Notes: generated from the sequence alone by a model not told the origin. A stretch of DNA of 64,000 bases from a bacterium (GCA_965261595.1 CBDHDG010000006.1:1280001-1344000); one strand, 5' to 3'; positions 31,660 through 41,922 are shown, counted from the first letter of the stretch. A program made the numbers and translations.

Positions 31660-32334
31660 ATGTGCGGACGCTTCACCCAACGTTGCACATGGCCTGAGGT
31701 TCAAGCCTGTCTGGACCTGGTCGGCCCGCCCGTGAACCTCAGTCCACGCTACAACGTCGCGCCGGGCCAGGACGTCGCGGCCGTCCGTTCGGACGAGGAC
31801 GGCCGCCGGCTCTCGATGCTCCGCTGGGGTCTGATCCCCGGCTGGGCCAGGGACGCCAACATCGGCTACAAGCTGATCAACGCCCGCGCCGAGACCGTCG
31901 GCACGAAGCCGGCCTTCCGCGACGCGTACCGGAACCGCCGCTGCCTCATTCCGGCCGACGGGTTCTATGAATGGACGCGGCAGGGTGCGGCCAGGCAACC
32001 GTGGCTGATCGGACTGAAGGGGGGCGCGCTGTTCGCCTTGGCCGGGCTGTGGGAACGCTGGACAGCCCCGAAGGAGAGCGCGCTCAAGGGGCCGGGCGAG
32101 ACGATCGAAACCTGCGCCATTCTGACGACCGCCGCCAACAAGGCGGTAGCGCCGGTCCACGACCGGATGCCCGTGATCCTGCCCCCGGAGGCGTTCGAAC
32201 CGTGGTTCGCGGGCGAGACCGTCGCGCTCGGCCCCTATCCTCCGGAGGGGATGACGGTCCACCCCGTGAGCACCCTGGTCAACAAGCCCTCGAACGACGA
32301 TCCCCGCTGCGTCGAGCCCGTGACCGCACCGTAA
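31660..32334 (+). CDS. SOS response-associated peptidase (SRAP/YedK family)
   Basis: MCGRF N-terminus, INARAET, RCLIPADGFYEW, HDRMPVIL. Confidence 0.95.
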   Translation: MCGRFTQRCTWPEVQACLDLVGPPVNLSPRYNVAPGQDVAAVRSDEDGRRLSMLRWGLIPGWARDANIGYKLINARAETVGTKPAFRDAYRNRRCLIPADGFYEWTRQGAARQPWLIGLKGGALFALAGLWERWTAPKESALKGPGETIETCAILTTAANKAVAPVHDRMPVILPPEAFEPWFAGETVALGPYPPEGMTVHPVSTLVNKPSNDDPRCVEPVTAP

Positions 32335-32608
32335 GGCCGGGAACCCCCACGCTCTCCCCCTCTCGACCCGACGCCCGTTTGGTCCCCATCGTTTCCTTCC
32401 TCTCCCCGTAAGCGCTCCTCGCCGCCGAGAGCCGGAGTCGGGCCGGGTATCGGGCGAAGGCCGGACGCCCGAGGGGGTGTCCTCCCCTCGATCTCCCTAT
32501 TCCTCCGGAGTTGCCCATGACCGACACCATCACCGCCGACTACACGCTCCGTCCGAGCGAACTCGCCCACACCCTGGCCCTGCTGGTCGAGGCCCGCCAG
32601 CCGGCCAT

Positions 32609-32699
32609 CGTCTGTAATGGCGATTCCCGCGTAATGGAGAGTGGGTGTGCTCCGGCCCCGTGGACCGCGGATTAGGGGCCGAAGCAACTTCCCATTTCT
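32609..32699 (+). repeat. 91-bp perfect inverted repeat, left copy
   Basis: Reverse complement of 37527-37617. Confidence 0.95.
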
Positions 32700-33127
32700 G
32701 TACGGTGCTCCTCCGCTGTTTCATCAACGAGAGGAGCAAGGCGATGCCGTCACGCAAGACAGGAAGGAAGGCTGGATATGTCGGGGGACCGTTCGGACCG
32801 TTCATTCAGGAGTTCGTGACCTACCTCAAGGAGGCGGGGCTTGGTCAGAGTCAAATTTGGAAGCTTGGCCGTGTTGCCAAGGAGGTGCTGATTTGGCTGC
32901 AGGCTGACGGTGCGGCGATCGAATCAGTCGATGACGCCGTACTACGCCGATTTCGGGATGAGTACTGCCAGGAGATTCTGAAGCGACGCGAACATTCGAG
33001 GCCGGCTCAGATACGTGTAACGCTGCTAATGAATTCGTGATTATGCCTTTGACGCAGTAAGACACAAGATATAGGTGCGATTTTGAGACACTACATGTTG
33101 TGGTTATCCAACAGGAGGGGGTCACTT

Positions 33128-33343
33128 TTAGGGACCCGTGGAACCACATATCCTCCCATTGATGATGGCTGGTGGCCCGACGTAAGAGCCCCGAATTTCG
33201 AGTGGGATGCGTTTCTTCGGCGGTTTCTTATTCCTTATCCCCATCAAGTAGAAACCCGCATAGAAGAGAAGATCAATAACCCTAGAGGCTGCTTCGGAGA
33301 TGAACCATCCAAAAACGTCAAATCCTTCATATCTAAATTCCAT
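33128..33343 (-). CDS. Small hypothetical passenger protein
   Basis: GGAGAG RBS; start context similar to the neighbouring passenger gene. Confidence 0.4.
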   Translation of the reverse strand: MEFRYEGFDVFGWFISEAASRVIDLLFYAGFYLMGIRNKKPPKKRIPLEIRGSYVGPPAIINGRICGSTGP

Positions 33344-33412
33344 TGCCTGGGCTCTCCAAGCTGCGGGTTAATGGAACGCCACGGCTGGGGCCGTATACCC
33401 CAGCCGTGGCAC

Positions 33413-33700
33413 TTATTCACACGCGATGTCCTGTTGCGCCGATGCAATCCTCACTTCAAATTCACCGGCAAACCTGAATATCACCTTCTCAAGTTTGGGA
33501 CTATTGAGATACCTATGTTGGGGCGGGTGTTTCCTGACAAAAAATACACGCCTCCGCTTTTTGTTGAATCTTCCTCCAAGTCTCTCTACGGCCAAGTAGT
33601 CTCTGTCCTGAAGAACCTGCACCAGCAGTTTAAGTTTTCTCGGGGAGACATAGGCGGGTCGGCTAAAAGCCTTTTCCTTAAGAAAGCATTTTGCTTCCAT
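33413..33700 (-). CDS. Hypothetical passenger protein, paralog of 33794-34144
   Basis: AAGGAGG RBS; shared motifs CF..PAYV..DRD..LG..HP..YL.S..FRF.GEF..I.C. Confidence 0.7.
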   Translation of the reverse strand: MEAKCFLKEKAFSRPAYVSPRKLKLLVQVLQDRDYLAVERLGGRFNKKRRRVFFVRKHPPQHRYLNSPKLEKVIFRFAGEFEVRIASAQQDIACE

Positions 33701-33793
33701 TGCCCCAGTCCTCCTTCAAGGTTGGGTGGTGATGGAACCGCAGCGCCAGGGGCGGGATCCCCTGGCGCTGCACTTGTAAATCTTATTTTCCAC

Positions 33794-34144
33794 CTATTTG
33801 CACGAGATGAACTCGCACAACGTCTCAAAAACCTTGAATTCCCCTTCAAAACGGAAAGTCGTAGAGCCAGGGATGCTCTTCAGGTATTGGAATCCTTTTG
33901 GATGCTCACTCACCATGAAAATACGCCATTTCTCCTTTGCGTTTCGGTATCCAAGTTTATACAAAGCTACCAAATCGCGATCGTCCAACATGCGAAGTAT
34001 GAGTTTTCTTCGTTCCAAATCCACATAAGCGGGGCTGTACACCGCACCTTTTCCGATAAAACAGGCCTTGTTGGATTCTCCAGCCATGACGGCGGAAGAT
34101 GCGATGAGGGCAGTTGTAAGTATGCAACCGCCGATAGTACGCAT
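33794..34144 (-). CDS. Hypothetical secreted passenger protein
   Basis: Signal peptide MRTIGGCILTTALIASSAVMA; paralogous to 33413-33700. Confidence 0.7.
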   Translation of the reverse strand: MRTIGGCILTTALIASSAVMAGESNKACFIGKGAVYSPAYVDLERRKLILRMLDDRDLVALYKLGYRNAKEKWRIFMVSEHPKGFQYLKSIPGSTTFRFEGEFKVFETLCEFISCK

Positions 34145-35607
34145 GGGCAGACCCCCAGAAAATCGAGGTTGACACGGGCTTGGGGATTTGCTACAAGGAG
34201 GGTCTGTGAGGTCCTCTCTTGTAGCAACGCCCCGGGGTTCCCTCGGGGCTTCCACCCTTTGAAGTTCCATATACCACATGTAGTGGGTCGGATTCAATTT
34301 TCGAGGGACCACCATATCTTGTGTCTTACTGCGTCAAGGGCATAATCACGAATGAATTGCACTCGCTGGCTCGTCCGGTTCGCCGAGCACACCGGTCGTG
34401 TCCGGCATCCTGGCGAGCTCGCCGACGGTTTATGCCTCCTCGATGAGTATCTCGCTGAGTTGGGCGGCGAAGGCTATAGGCCCCGGGCGCTCAAGTCCTA
34501 TCACTACAGATGCCACCACTTTCTGACCTGGCTCCACCAGTGCCGTATTCCTTTGGCGGAGGTGAACGCCAGCACCCTGGAACGGTTTGTCGACCATGAC
34601 TGTGTCTGCCCGTGGAGGATGCGCAACATAGAAAAACGGAAGTCTCGGCATATCGGCTCCATCAAGGCGTTTCTACGGTTCCTCTTCACCAGCGGGGTGA
34701 TGCCGGACGCTTTCCCTGTCGAAGATTCCGGCGCCGCAATGTCGGGGTTCCGTTCATGGCTCCGCCGGCATCGCGGCATCGGGGACGTCACCATTCGCAA
34801 GTATGTGAAGACCCTCTCTTTGTTCTTGCCCGAGCTGGGAGATGATTCTCGGCACTACGACGCGGCTCTCATCATGGATGTCATGTTGAGCCGTTTCACG
34901 AAGATCGCGCCGGAATACGCGCGGGAGATGACGAAAGCCCTGCGCATGTATCTGCGATTCCTCGCCTCGAATGGAGCGTGTCGACCGGAACTCGTCAACG
35001 CCGTGCCATCGGTGCCGCAATGGAGACTTGCGACCCTCCCCCGCTACATCCCAACCGATGATATCGAACGGGTGATCGCGTCGTGCAACGCCAGGACAGC
35101 GGCGGGAGTTCGCGACCGGGCGGTCTTGCTGCTTCTGGCCAGGCTGGCGCTTCGCGGAGGCGACATCTGCGAGCTGCGGTTGGACGACATCGATTGGACA
35201 AAGGCCCTCGTCAAGGTCAGCGGGAAGTCCAAGAGATCGGTTCAGTTGCCGCTTCCCCAGGATGCCGGAGACGCGATCCTCGACTACATCGAGAAGGCAC
35301 GGCCTCGAATCGATGAGAGCAAGTTGTTCCTGCGGGTGCTGGCGCCGCATGTGCCATTCCGTTCTTCCAGAGTTGTTACCCACATCGTGTGTCGAGCTCT
35401 GGATCGAGCAGGAATGCACGAGGCGAGTCCGAGGGGCGCCCAACTGTTCCGGCACTCCACGGCGACCGGTCTGCTGCGGTCCGGAGCCTCGCTGGAGACT
35501 GTCGGCACGTTGCTGAGGCACCGCTTGCCGAACACCACCGCGATCTACGCCAAGGTCAATGTCCCCATGCTCCAGGAAGTGGCGCAGCCCTGGATAGGAG
35601 ACGTCCA

Positions 35608-36531
35608 ATGAACATGATCGACAACGTGGAGCGGTACATCACCTTCAAGCGCCATCTGGGGTTCAAGTTCGTCGAGGACGCTCGGACACTGCGAGCTTTT
35701 GCGCATGAGGCCGTCGCCTGCAGCGATGGCTTCATCCGAGCCGCCTCGGTGATCGCTTGGGCCCGCAAGACATCGACAGCTGGCCAAGCACGCATCCGCC
35801 TGCGAATGGTTCGTGGCTTGGCCGTGTGGCTTCACGCTGAGGACCAACGCCACGAGGTTCCCTCGCCGGTTGCCCTCGGCCGAGTGCCGGTGAGGAGATC
35901 CTCCCCTCATCTCCTGAGCGCGGTCCAGGTCAAGGAGATCATGGACGCGGCGTTGTTAATGAGAAGCACAGGTCCGCTCAACGGTTATACGTACCACTAC
36001 ATGATCGGGCTGCTTGCCTCGACGGGATTGCGTCTCTCGGAAGGGCTCGCCTTGAAGCTGACCGACATCACCCCCGATGGGCTGGTGGTCAGACAATCCA
36101 AGCTCGGAAAATCGCGGTTGGTTCCCCTTCACGAGAGTACGAGCAACGCGCTGAGCGAGTATCTTGAGATCAGGATGCGCAAGGGCGGATGCCACGAACA
36201 CCTGTTCGTTCTCTCCAACGGCAAACCCCCTCATCACAGCACTCTCTCGAAGATCTTCCTCAGACTCGCCAGGCAACTCGGCTACCGCGGTAGTCCAGGG
36301 GAGCCGGGTACGCGACTGCACGATTTGCGACATGGATTCGCCACGCGTTCGCTTGAGAACGCAGTCGCGGTCGATCGCGACAGCGTCAGCCGACACGTCC
36401 TGGCGTTATCCACCTATCTCGGTCACGTCAGCATGGCCTCGACCTACTGGTATCTGGAAGCTACGCCCGTCCTGCTCCGGGAGATCGCCCGCGCTGCTGA
36501 AAACACACATGTGGGGAGGATCTTGAGATGA
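35608..36531 (+). CDS. ritB: RitB tyrosine recombinase
   Basis: YITFKRHLGFK, TGLRLSEG, RLHDLRHGFA, LSTYLGH..TYWYL. Confidence 0.88.
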   Translation: MNMIDNVERYITFKRHLGFKFVEDARTLRAFAHEAVACSDGFIRAASVIAWARKTSTAGQARIRLRMVRGLAVWLHAEDQRHEVPSPVALGRVPVRRSSPHLLSAVQVKEIMDAALLMRSTGPLNGYTYHYMIGLLASTGLRLSEGLALKLTDITPDGLVVRQSKLGKSRLVPLHESTSNALSEYLEIRMRKGGCHEHLFVLSNGKPPHHSTLSKIFLRLARQLGYRGSPGEPGTRLHDLRHGFATRSLENAVAVDRDSVSRHVLALSTYLGHVSMASTYWYLEATPVLLREIARAAENTHVGRILR

Positions 36532-37528
36532 CCGCGCTTTCCCCCCATATCAGCAAGTTCCTGTACGAATATCTGCCGCGCGATCGTGGCGCGAGTCAGC
36601 ATACTATCGATAGTTACTCGGTGAGCTTCCTACAGCTCATTGACTTCGCCGAAAACAGGCTTCGCGTTCGGGCTTGTACGCTCACGATCGAGCAGTTGAC
36701 GGCCGAAGTCATCCTCGACTTCCTCGAACACCTGGAACGGGACCGCGGAAACACGATTGGAACACGCAATGTACGACTGGCCGCGATTAAATCCTTCTTC
36801 CGATTCCTTGAGCATCGGGCGCCGGCATGTCTTCACTTGGCAGCCCAAGTCCACGCGATTCCGCTTAAGCGCCGCAATCAACCATTGGTCGACTACCTCG
36901 ACCACAATGAAGTACAGGCCGTGCTTGAAGCACCGGATCCGTCGACGCGTGCGGGGATACGCGACCGCGCGATGCTCCACCTTGCCTATGCGGCTGGACT
37001 GCGAGTGTCGGAGTTGGTGGGCGTTACATGCCACGATCTCGAGCAACCCGGTCTCAACCTCGTCCGCATCCGCGGAAAGGGGCGCCGCGAACGCGTACTC
37101 CCACTGTGGGCGCAGACACGATCGGTGCTCCGGGACTGGCTCGCGATACGTCCTGAGGCGACCAGCCCCTACCTGTTCCTCAACGCCCGCGGGGTGGTCA
37201 TGACCCGCCACGGCTTCGCTCACCGTCTGAAGCGGCATGCGGACACTGCTCGGCGATCAGTACGTCGATTGCCACCAAGCGCATCACCCCCCACGTGCTT
37301 CGGCACAGCTGCGCCATGAATACCTACGAATCCGTCGGCGACATCCGCAAAGTCTCGACCTGGTTGGGTCATGCAAGCGTCCAAAGTACGGAGATCTATG
37401 TCCGGGCAGATACATTGGAAAAGCTCGACATACTTGCTGCACGACGGCCTCCGTCGATCCGCAAGGGGGTCTTCATCGATGCTAGGGACCGGTTGATGAG
37501 GATACTGAACGAAGACAAGCTGAAATAG
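36528..37528 (+). pseudogene. ritC: RitC tyrosine recombinase, frameshifted near 37262
   Basis: RNVRLAAIKSFF, GLRVSEL, GKGRRER; ITPHVLRHSCAM..WLGH..TEIY continues in another frame. Confidence 0.85.
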
Positions 37529-37617
37529 AAATGGGAAGTTGCTTCGGCCCCTAATCCGCGGTCCACGGGGCCGGAGCACACCCACTCTCCATTACGCGGG
37601 AATCGCCATTACAGACG
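37527..37617 (-). repeat. 91-bp perfect inverted repeat, right copy
   Basis: Reverse complement of 32609-32699; overlaps the ritC stop codon. Confidence 0.95.
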
Positions 37618-37643
37618 TAATGTTGAGCTCAACATTACGTCTG
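37612..37643. repeat. 32-bp perfect palindrome
   Basis: CAGACGTAATGTTGAG|CTCAACATTACGTCTG. Confidence 0.95.
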
Positions 37644-38590
37644 GGGGCCGCCCAGGTGCGCCAAGTCCCAAATCGCCCAACAGGTGGCCGCCGACGCAGG
37701 ACGCGAGTACATCGACGTCCGGGCCCTCCTGCTCGACCCCGTGGACCTGCGCGGCATACCCTGGCGCGACGGTTCGGACCGCACCCGCTGGGCCCCCCCG
37801 GCCTTCCTGCCGCCCTCGGATCGGGACGGCCGCTGGCTCGTCAACCTGGAGGAGCTGCCCTCGGCCGCGCCCATGGCCCAGGCGGCCCTGTACCAGCTCG
37901 TGCTCGACCGGCGCTGCGGCGAGTACGAGCTCCCCGACGGCGCCTCGCTCATCGCCTGCGGCAACCGGGAGACCGATCGGGGCGTCACCCACAGGATGCC
38001 GACTCCGCTGGCCTCCAGATTCGTTCACCTGGAGATCCGCGTGGACGTTCCGGACTGGTGCGCCTGGGGAGCGGCCCACGGCATCGCGCCCGAGGTGCTC
38101 TTCTTCATCCAGATGCGGCCCGAGCTGCTGCACCAGTTCGACCCGCAGTCGCGGGAGAAGGCCTTTCCCTGGTCGCCATATTGGGAGTTCGTCTCCAACA
38201 TCGTGCGCCAAAGGAACGGTCTCGATGCCGCCTCCGGGCGCGCCCTGTTCCGGGGGGCCGTGGGCGAGGCCGCCGCGGTGGAGTTTTCGGCCTTTCTCAA
38301 GGTCTGGCGGGAGCTGCCCCACCCCAAGGCCGTGATCGACGATCCCGAGAACGCGGCCATCCCCGACAACGCCAGCGCCCTGATCGCCCTCTGCGCCTCC
38401 CTCTACAGATTGGCCGACGACATCAACCTGGGGTCCATCGTCACCTACGCCAAGAGACTCAGGCGCGAGGTCGGCGAGTTCCTCGTGGGCTCCTGCATCC
38501 GCCGCAACCCGGACCTTCAGCACAGTCCCGCCTTCATCCAGTGGGCCGCCGCCAAAATCCGGTGACACCCCATTTCGGAGATCAAACACC

Positions 38591-38711
38591 ATGAACCTCA
38601 CCCATGATGCGATGCTCGTGAGCCTCCGGATCAACGCCTGGTCCGGCAGGCTCTACGACCGCCAGGCCAGCCGTCACGTGGCCATCCATCACGACGCCAG
38701 CGCTAGCGCCG
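38591..38711 (+). pseudogene. MoxR-associated hypothetical protein (DUF3150-like), truncated by IS
   Basis: MNLTHDAMLVSLRINAWSGRLYDRQAS ends at IS copy 4. Confidence 0.55.
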
Positions 38712-40115
38712 TGGATCGCCCCTGGGTTATTGGACACTCGGGTGAGGGTATTCGACCTCATGCGGCCTCCGCAACTTGAGCGAGTTTTTCCTGCCTTGCC
38801 TGGGCCGGCGTTCGGTAGCCGTAGCCCTCGAGAATCCAATGATGGTTGTACAGGTTCTTGAACTCAAGCAGCGCCCACCGCAGTTCCTCTACGGTGGCGA
38901 AAGAGCGCACCCACAGGAGATTCTCCTTCAAGATGCGGATGAACCACTCACAGTAGCCATTTCCCTCGGGCGCCCGCACGAAGCTGGGCGAACTGGTCAT
39001 GCCCAGGTAGGCGATCTCCCGCTGAAAGTCATCGGACAGATAGGCGGGTCCGTGGTCGTGACGAACTTTAAGCCCCTCGGCGACGTCCGCCTCCAAGCCG
39101 GCGAAGCGCTCGGCGACCCCCTGCCGGATCGGCTCCAGGGCCTCGAAGCGGTTGCCGCTCTTGGCCGCATGGATCCCCACGCAGTCCACCGAGCAGTGAT
39201 CCACCGCCACGAACACCGAGGCCATCCCCTCCTCGGTGGTCACCGTCGTCGTCATGTCCGTGCCCCACATTCGGTCGGGCCGCTCGGTGCGGATGGTCCC
39301 GTTGTGGGCCTTGGGACCTCGGGGTTTGCCCACCCGGTGGGGGGCCTGAAGCCCCGCCTCCCGCATCAGGCGACGCACCCGCTCCTTGCTGGTGCGGATG
39401 CCCGCGAAGCGCAGCCTCGCCCACACCTTGCGGTAGCCCTCGCCATGGAAGGGAGAGTCCTCCAGGACCTGCCGGATGTGGCCGAGGAGTTCCGCATCGG
39501 TGCACGGGCCCACAGGGCCGCGCTTATTGGGCGTGGGGCGTTCATGAACGGGGACCGCCTCTCGCCGCCGTTGCGCGTAGACCGTGGAGCGCGCCAAGCC
39601 TCAAAGGGCGCACACCCGCTTCAGGCCGTAGGCTCTGCCCGTGGAGGTGAAGCGGGCCTGACTCATCGCCTCCACCTCCTGCCGGCTAAAGGGCGGCCGG
39701 CCTCCAGGCGGTCGATCTTCTCCCGCAGGACCTCGCCCTCCATCGTGAGTTCGCCCACCTTGGCCTTGAGCCGGGCGTTCTCCTCGTCCCGCTCATCCGC
39801 CGGGCGGGCTTTGAGCGCCGCCTCGCCCCCGCGAAGGAACGCCTCGCGCCAGGCGGAAAGCCGAGCCGCTGTCGTGCCCAACTCGCGGCAGAGCGTCTCC
39901 AGGCTCTCGCCCCGCAAAAGACGCATGACCGCCTCCCGCTTGCGCTGGCAGGAGAACCGACTCCGCTCACTGCGATGCCCTGGGGCCTTGGCTCCGTTCG
40001 CCCTACGGGCGCCCTCCGCCAAAGCCCCCTCTTGCTTTTGTTCGTTCATCGCGACACCCCTTTCTCCATGAATCATGGATCAATCGAGTGTCCAACAAAA
40101 CCCTAGAGCGGGGGA
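38712..40115 (-). mobile_element. IS3-family element, copy 4
   Basis: Near-identical, 1404 bp; no TSD. Confidence 0.93.
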
Positions 40116-40341
40116 CCTGGGGCGAGCGCATCGACATCAAGATGGCGTGAGTGTGGGACGGTGCACCGTTTCCCGCCCTGTCCCCCGCTTGGCCGGCGCG
40201 TCCATTCACCGGCCGGTTTCCCGAACACGCCGATCCCCGCCGCGAGACCGAGGCCGGGCGGCGGCCGGGCGAAGCGCGGGCGCTGAGGCGAGGCAGGCGC
40301 CATGCCCCGGCCCCGCGCGCCGTCCCAACGGAGGAACCGCC

Positions 40342-40584
40342 ATGACCGATACCAACATCACGGAGGAGCACCGACGGGCCTTCTCGGCCCTGACCAGTGG
40401 CGACTGCCGGAACTTCGCGCTTTTTTCCTGCTTCTGTGACGGCCGGCCCACGGCGGCCATCGCCGCGGTGACCGTCCACCCGCCTGCCCACGAAGACGGC
40501 GAGGCGGAATACCGCGTCAGCCCGCTGTTCATCAGCCTCACGCCGGACATGATATTAACCGACCATGACGGGCGCGAGGCATGA
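40342..40584 (+). CDS. Small hypothetical protein typical of mobile elements
   Basis: GGAGG RBS; NFALFSCFCDGRPTAAI..YRVSPLF; coupled to the next gene. Confidence 0.7.
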   Translation: MTDTNITEEHRRAFSALTSGDCRNFALFSCFCDGRPTAAIAAVTVHPPAHEDGEAEYRVSPLFISLTPDMILTDHDGREA

Positions 40585-41432
40585 GCGCCGACGTCATGCG
40601 CCGCCGGTCTCCGGCCGATCCGGGCCGCATCCCGCACATTCCCTTGCCGCCGGAATGCCGGGAGATGATCCGGCGCGGCGCGCTCTTCGCCCTGAACCAC
40701 AGCGGCGGCAAGGACAGCCAGGCGATGACGATCCTTCTCGCCCGGATCGTCCCCCGGCAAAACCTTCTGGCGGTTCACGCCCCGCTCGGCGAGGTGGAAT
40801 GGCCTGGCACCATCGAGCACATCGAGGCAACGATCCCGGGCGGCGTGCCCCTCGTTTTCGCGCCCGTCGCTTCCGGCAAGACGCTTCTCGACAGGATCGA
40901 GGAACGGGGCCGGTTCCCCTCGGCGTCCGTTCGCTGGTGCACTTCCGATTTCAAGAGATCGCCCATCGAACGCGAGCTACGGCGTTATCTCAAGGCCCAT
41001 CCCCGCTTCGGCAGATGCGTCGTGAACTGCATGGGGCATCGCGCCGACGAAAGCGCCGCCCGCGCCGTGCGGGCCGCCTGGAGACGCAACGCCCGCAACA
41101 GCAAGGCGGGCCGGGAGTGGGTGGACTGGCTTCCGGTCCATGCCCTCTCGACCGCCGACGTGTTCCGGGTCATCCGCGACGCCGGCCAGTCGCCGCACTG
41201 GGCCTATGCGGCCGGCATGACGCGGCTCTCTTGCAGCTTCTGCATCCTCGCGTCCCGCCAAGACTTCCGCACCGCGGCGCGGCTCCGTCCGGCGCTTTAT
41301 CGCCGCTACGCCGCGCTCGAGCGGCGCATCGGCCACACGCTGTCGCCGTCGCGAATCCCCCTGCCCGAACTGACGGGCGTGCCGGCCGAGGCCGGGCAAA
41401 CCCCCTTCGAAGGAGTCCCGCATGTCCCTTGA
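40581..41432 (+). CDS. PAPS-reductase-family (PP-loop) protein
   Basis: NHSGGKDSQAM, RWCTSDFKRSPI, GHRADES, RLSCSFCI. Confidence 0.88.
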   Translation: MSADVMRRRSPADPGRIPHIPLPPECREMIRRGALFALNHSGGKDSQAMTILLARIVPRQNLLAVHAPLGEVEWPGTIEHIEATIPGGVPLVFAPVASGKTLLDRIEERGRFPSASVRWCTSDFKRSPIERELRRYLKAHPRFGRCVVNCMGHRADESAARAVRAAWRRNARNSKAGREWVDWLPVHALSTADVFRVIRDAGQSPHWAYAAGMTRLSCSFCILASRQDFRTAARLRPALYRRYAALERRIGHTLSPSRIPLPELTGVPAEAGQTPFEGVPHVP

Positions 41433-41922
41433 TACCGCCGTGACCGTGCGCGCCGCCCGCATCCTGATCGAACGCGATCCGGGTCCCGGTGACCGGCTCG
41501 ACGCCTTTCTGTTGCTCACCGGCCAGGAGTATCTGTGGCGTCGGGACCGCCCCGGCTCCGACTTCGGCGAGGCGGTCCGCATGTACGAGGCCGCGGCCGG
41601 CCGGCGCATCCCGAGGCCCGCGTCGCTCCCCTTCTTCGGCGCGGTCAAGCGGCGGCGCATCGAGCGTCGCCGGGAAGTCGCCGTCTGGCTCGCGGGCCGC
41701 TTCCTCGACTGGCTGTACAGCCCCGATGGCCGGGGCCGCGCTTCCGACACGGACTGGCGTCCGGGCCCCAGCCTGTCGATTGGCCTGGGGCTGCCGTACG
41801 AAACGGCCCTGAAGGAGCCTCCTCGTTCGCTTCCCCATGCCGAGCGTCGCGTGACCGAGCTCGCCCTCGCGAACGTCGTCGACCCCGGCGTTGAGGGTGT
41901 CGCCCGTGAGCCGCACGGTTGA
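41422..41922 (+). CDS. Hypothetical protein
   Basis: AAGGAG RBS; overlaps the previous stop codon. Confidence 0.6.
   Translation: MSLDTAVTVRAARILIERDPGPGDRLDAFLLLTGQEYLWRRDRPGSDFGEAVRMYEAAAGRRIPRPASLPFFGAVKRRRIERRREVAVWLAGRFLDWLYSPDGRGRASDTDWRPGPSLSIGLGLPYETALKEPPRSLPHAERRVTELALANVVDPGVEGVAREPHG

Larger units (their letters stand above)
33036..34350. mobile_element. Non-autonomous IS1595-like cassette with passenger genes
   Basis: ~37-bp IRs CGTGATTATGCC(T/C)TTGACGCAGTAAGACACAAGATAT; 8-bp TSD AATGAATT; no transposase motifs seen. Confidence 0.85.
32744..35611 (+). pseudogene. ritA: RitA tyrosine recombinase interrupted at 33036-34350; 3' ORF 34352-35611 keeps the catalytic domain
   Basis: Removing the insert and one TSD restores ..RVTLLMN-CTRWLVRF.. 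in frame; ALRGGDI, LFRHSTAT, LRH, TAIY. Confidence 0.82.
32609..37643 (+). mobile_element. RIT (recombinase-in-trio) element
   Basis: Three overlapping tyrosine recombinase genes; TAATG-rich ends; CGTCTG repeated at both target junctions. Confidence 0.88.
32518..38565 (+). pseudogene. MoxR-like AAA+ ATPase split by the RIT element (32518-32614 and ~37641-38565)
   Basis: 5' part MTDTITADYTLRPSEL..RQPAIV rejoins WGPP..KSQIAQQVA..DPVDLRG..LEEL..ACGNR..LASRF. Confidence 0.82.

Noticed and set aside
40581..41432. dndC or cysH call
   Set aside because: No other dnd or cys genes; family-level call only
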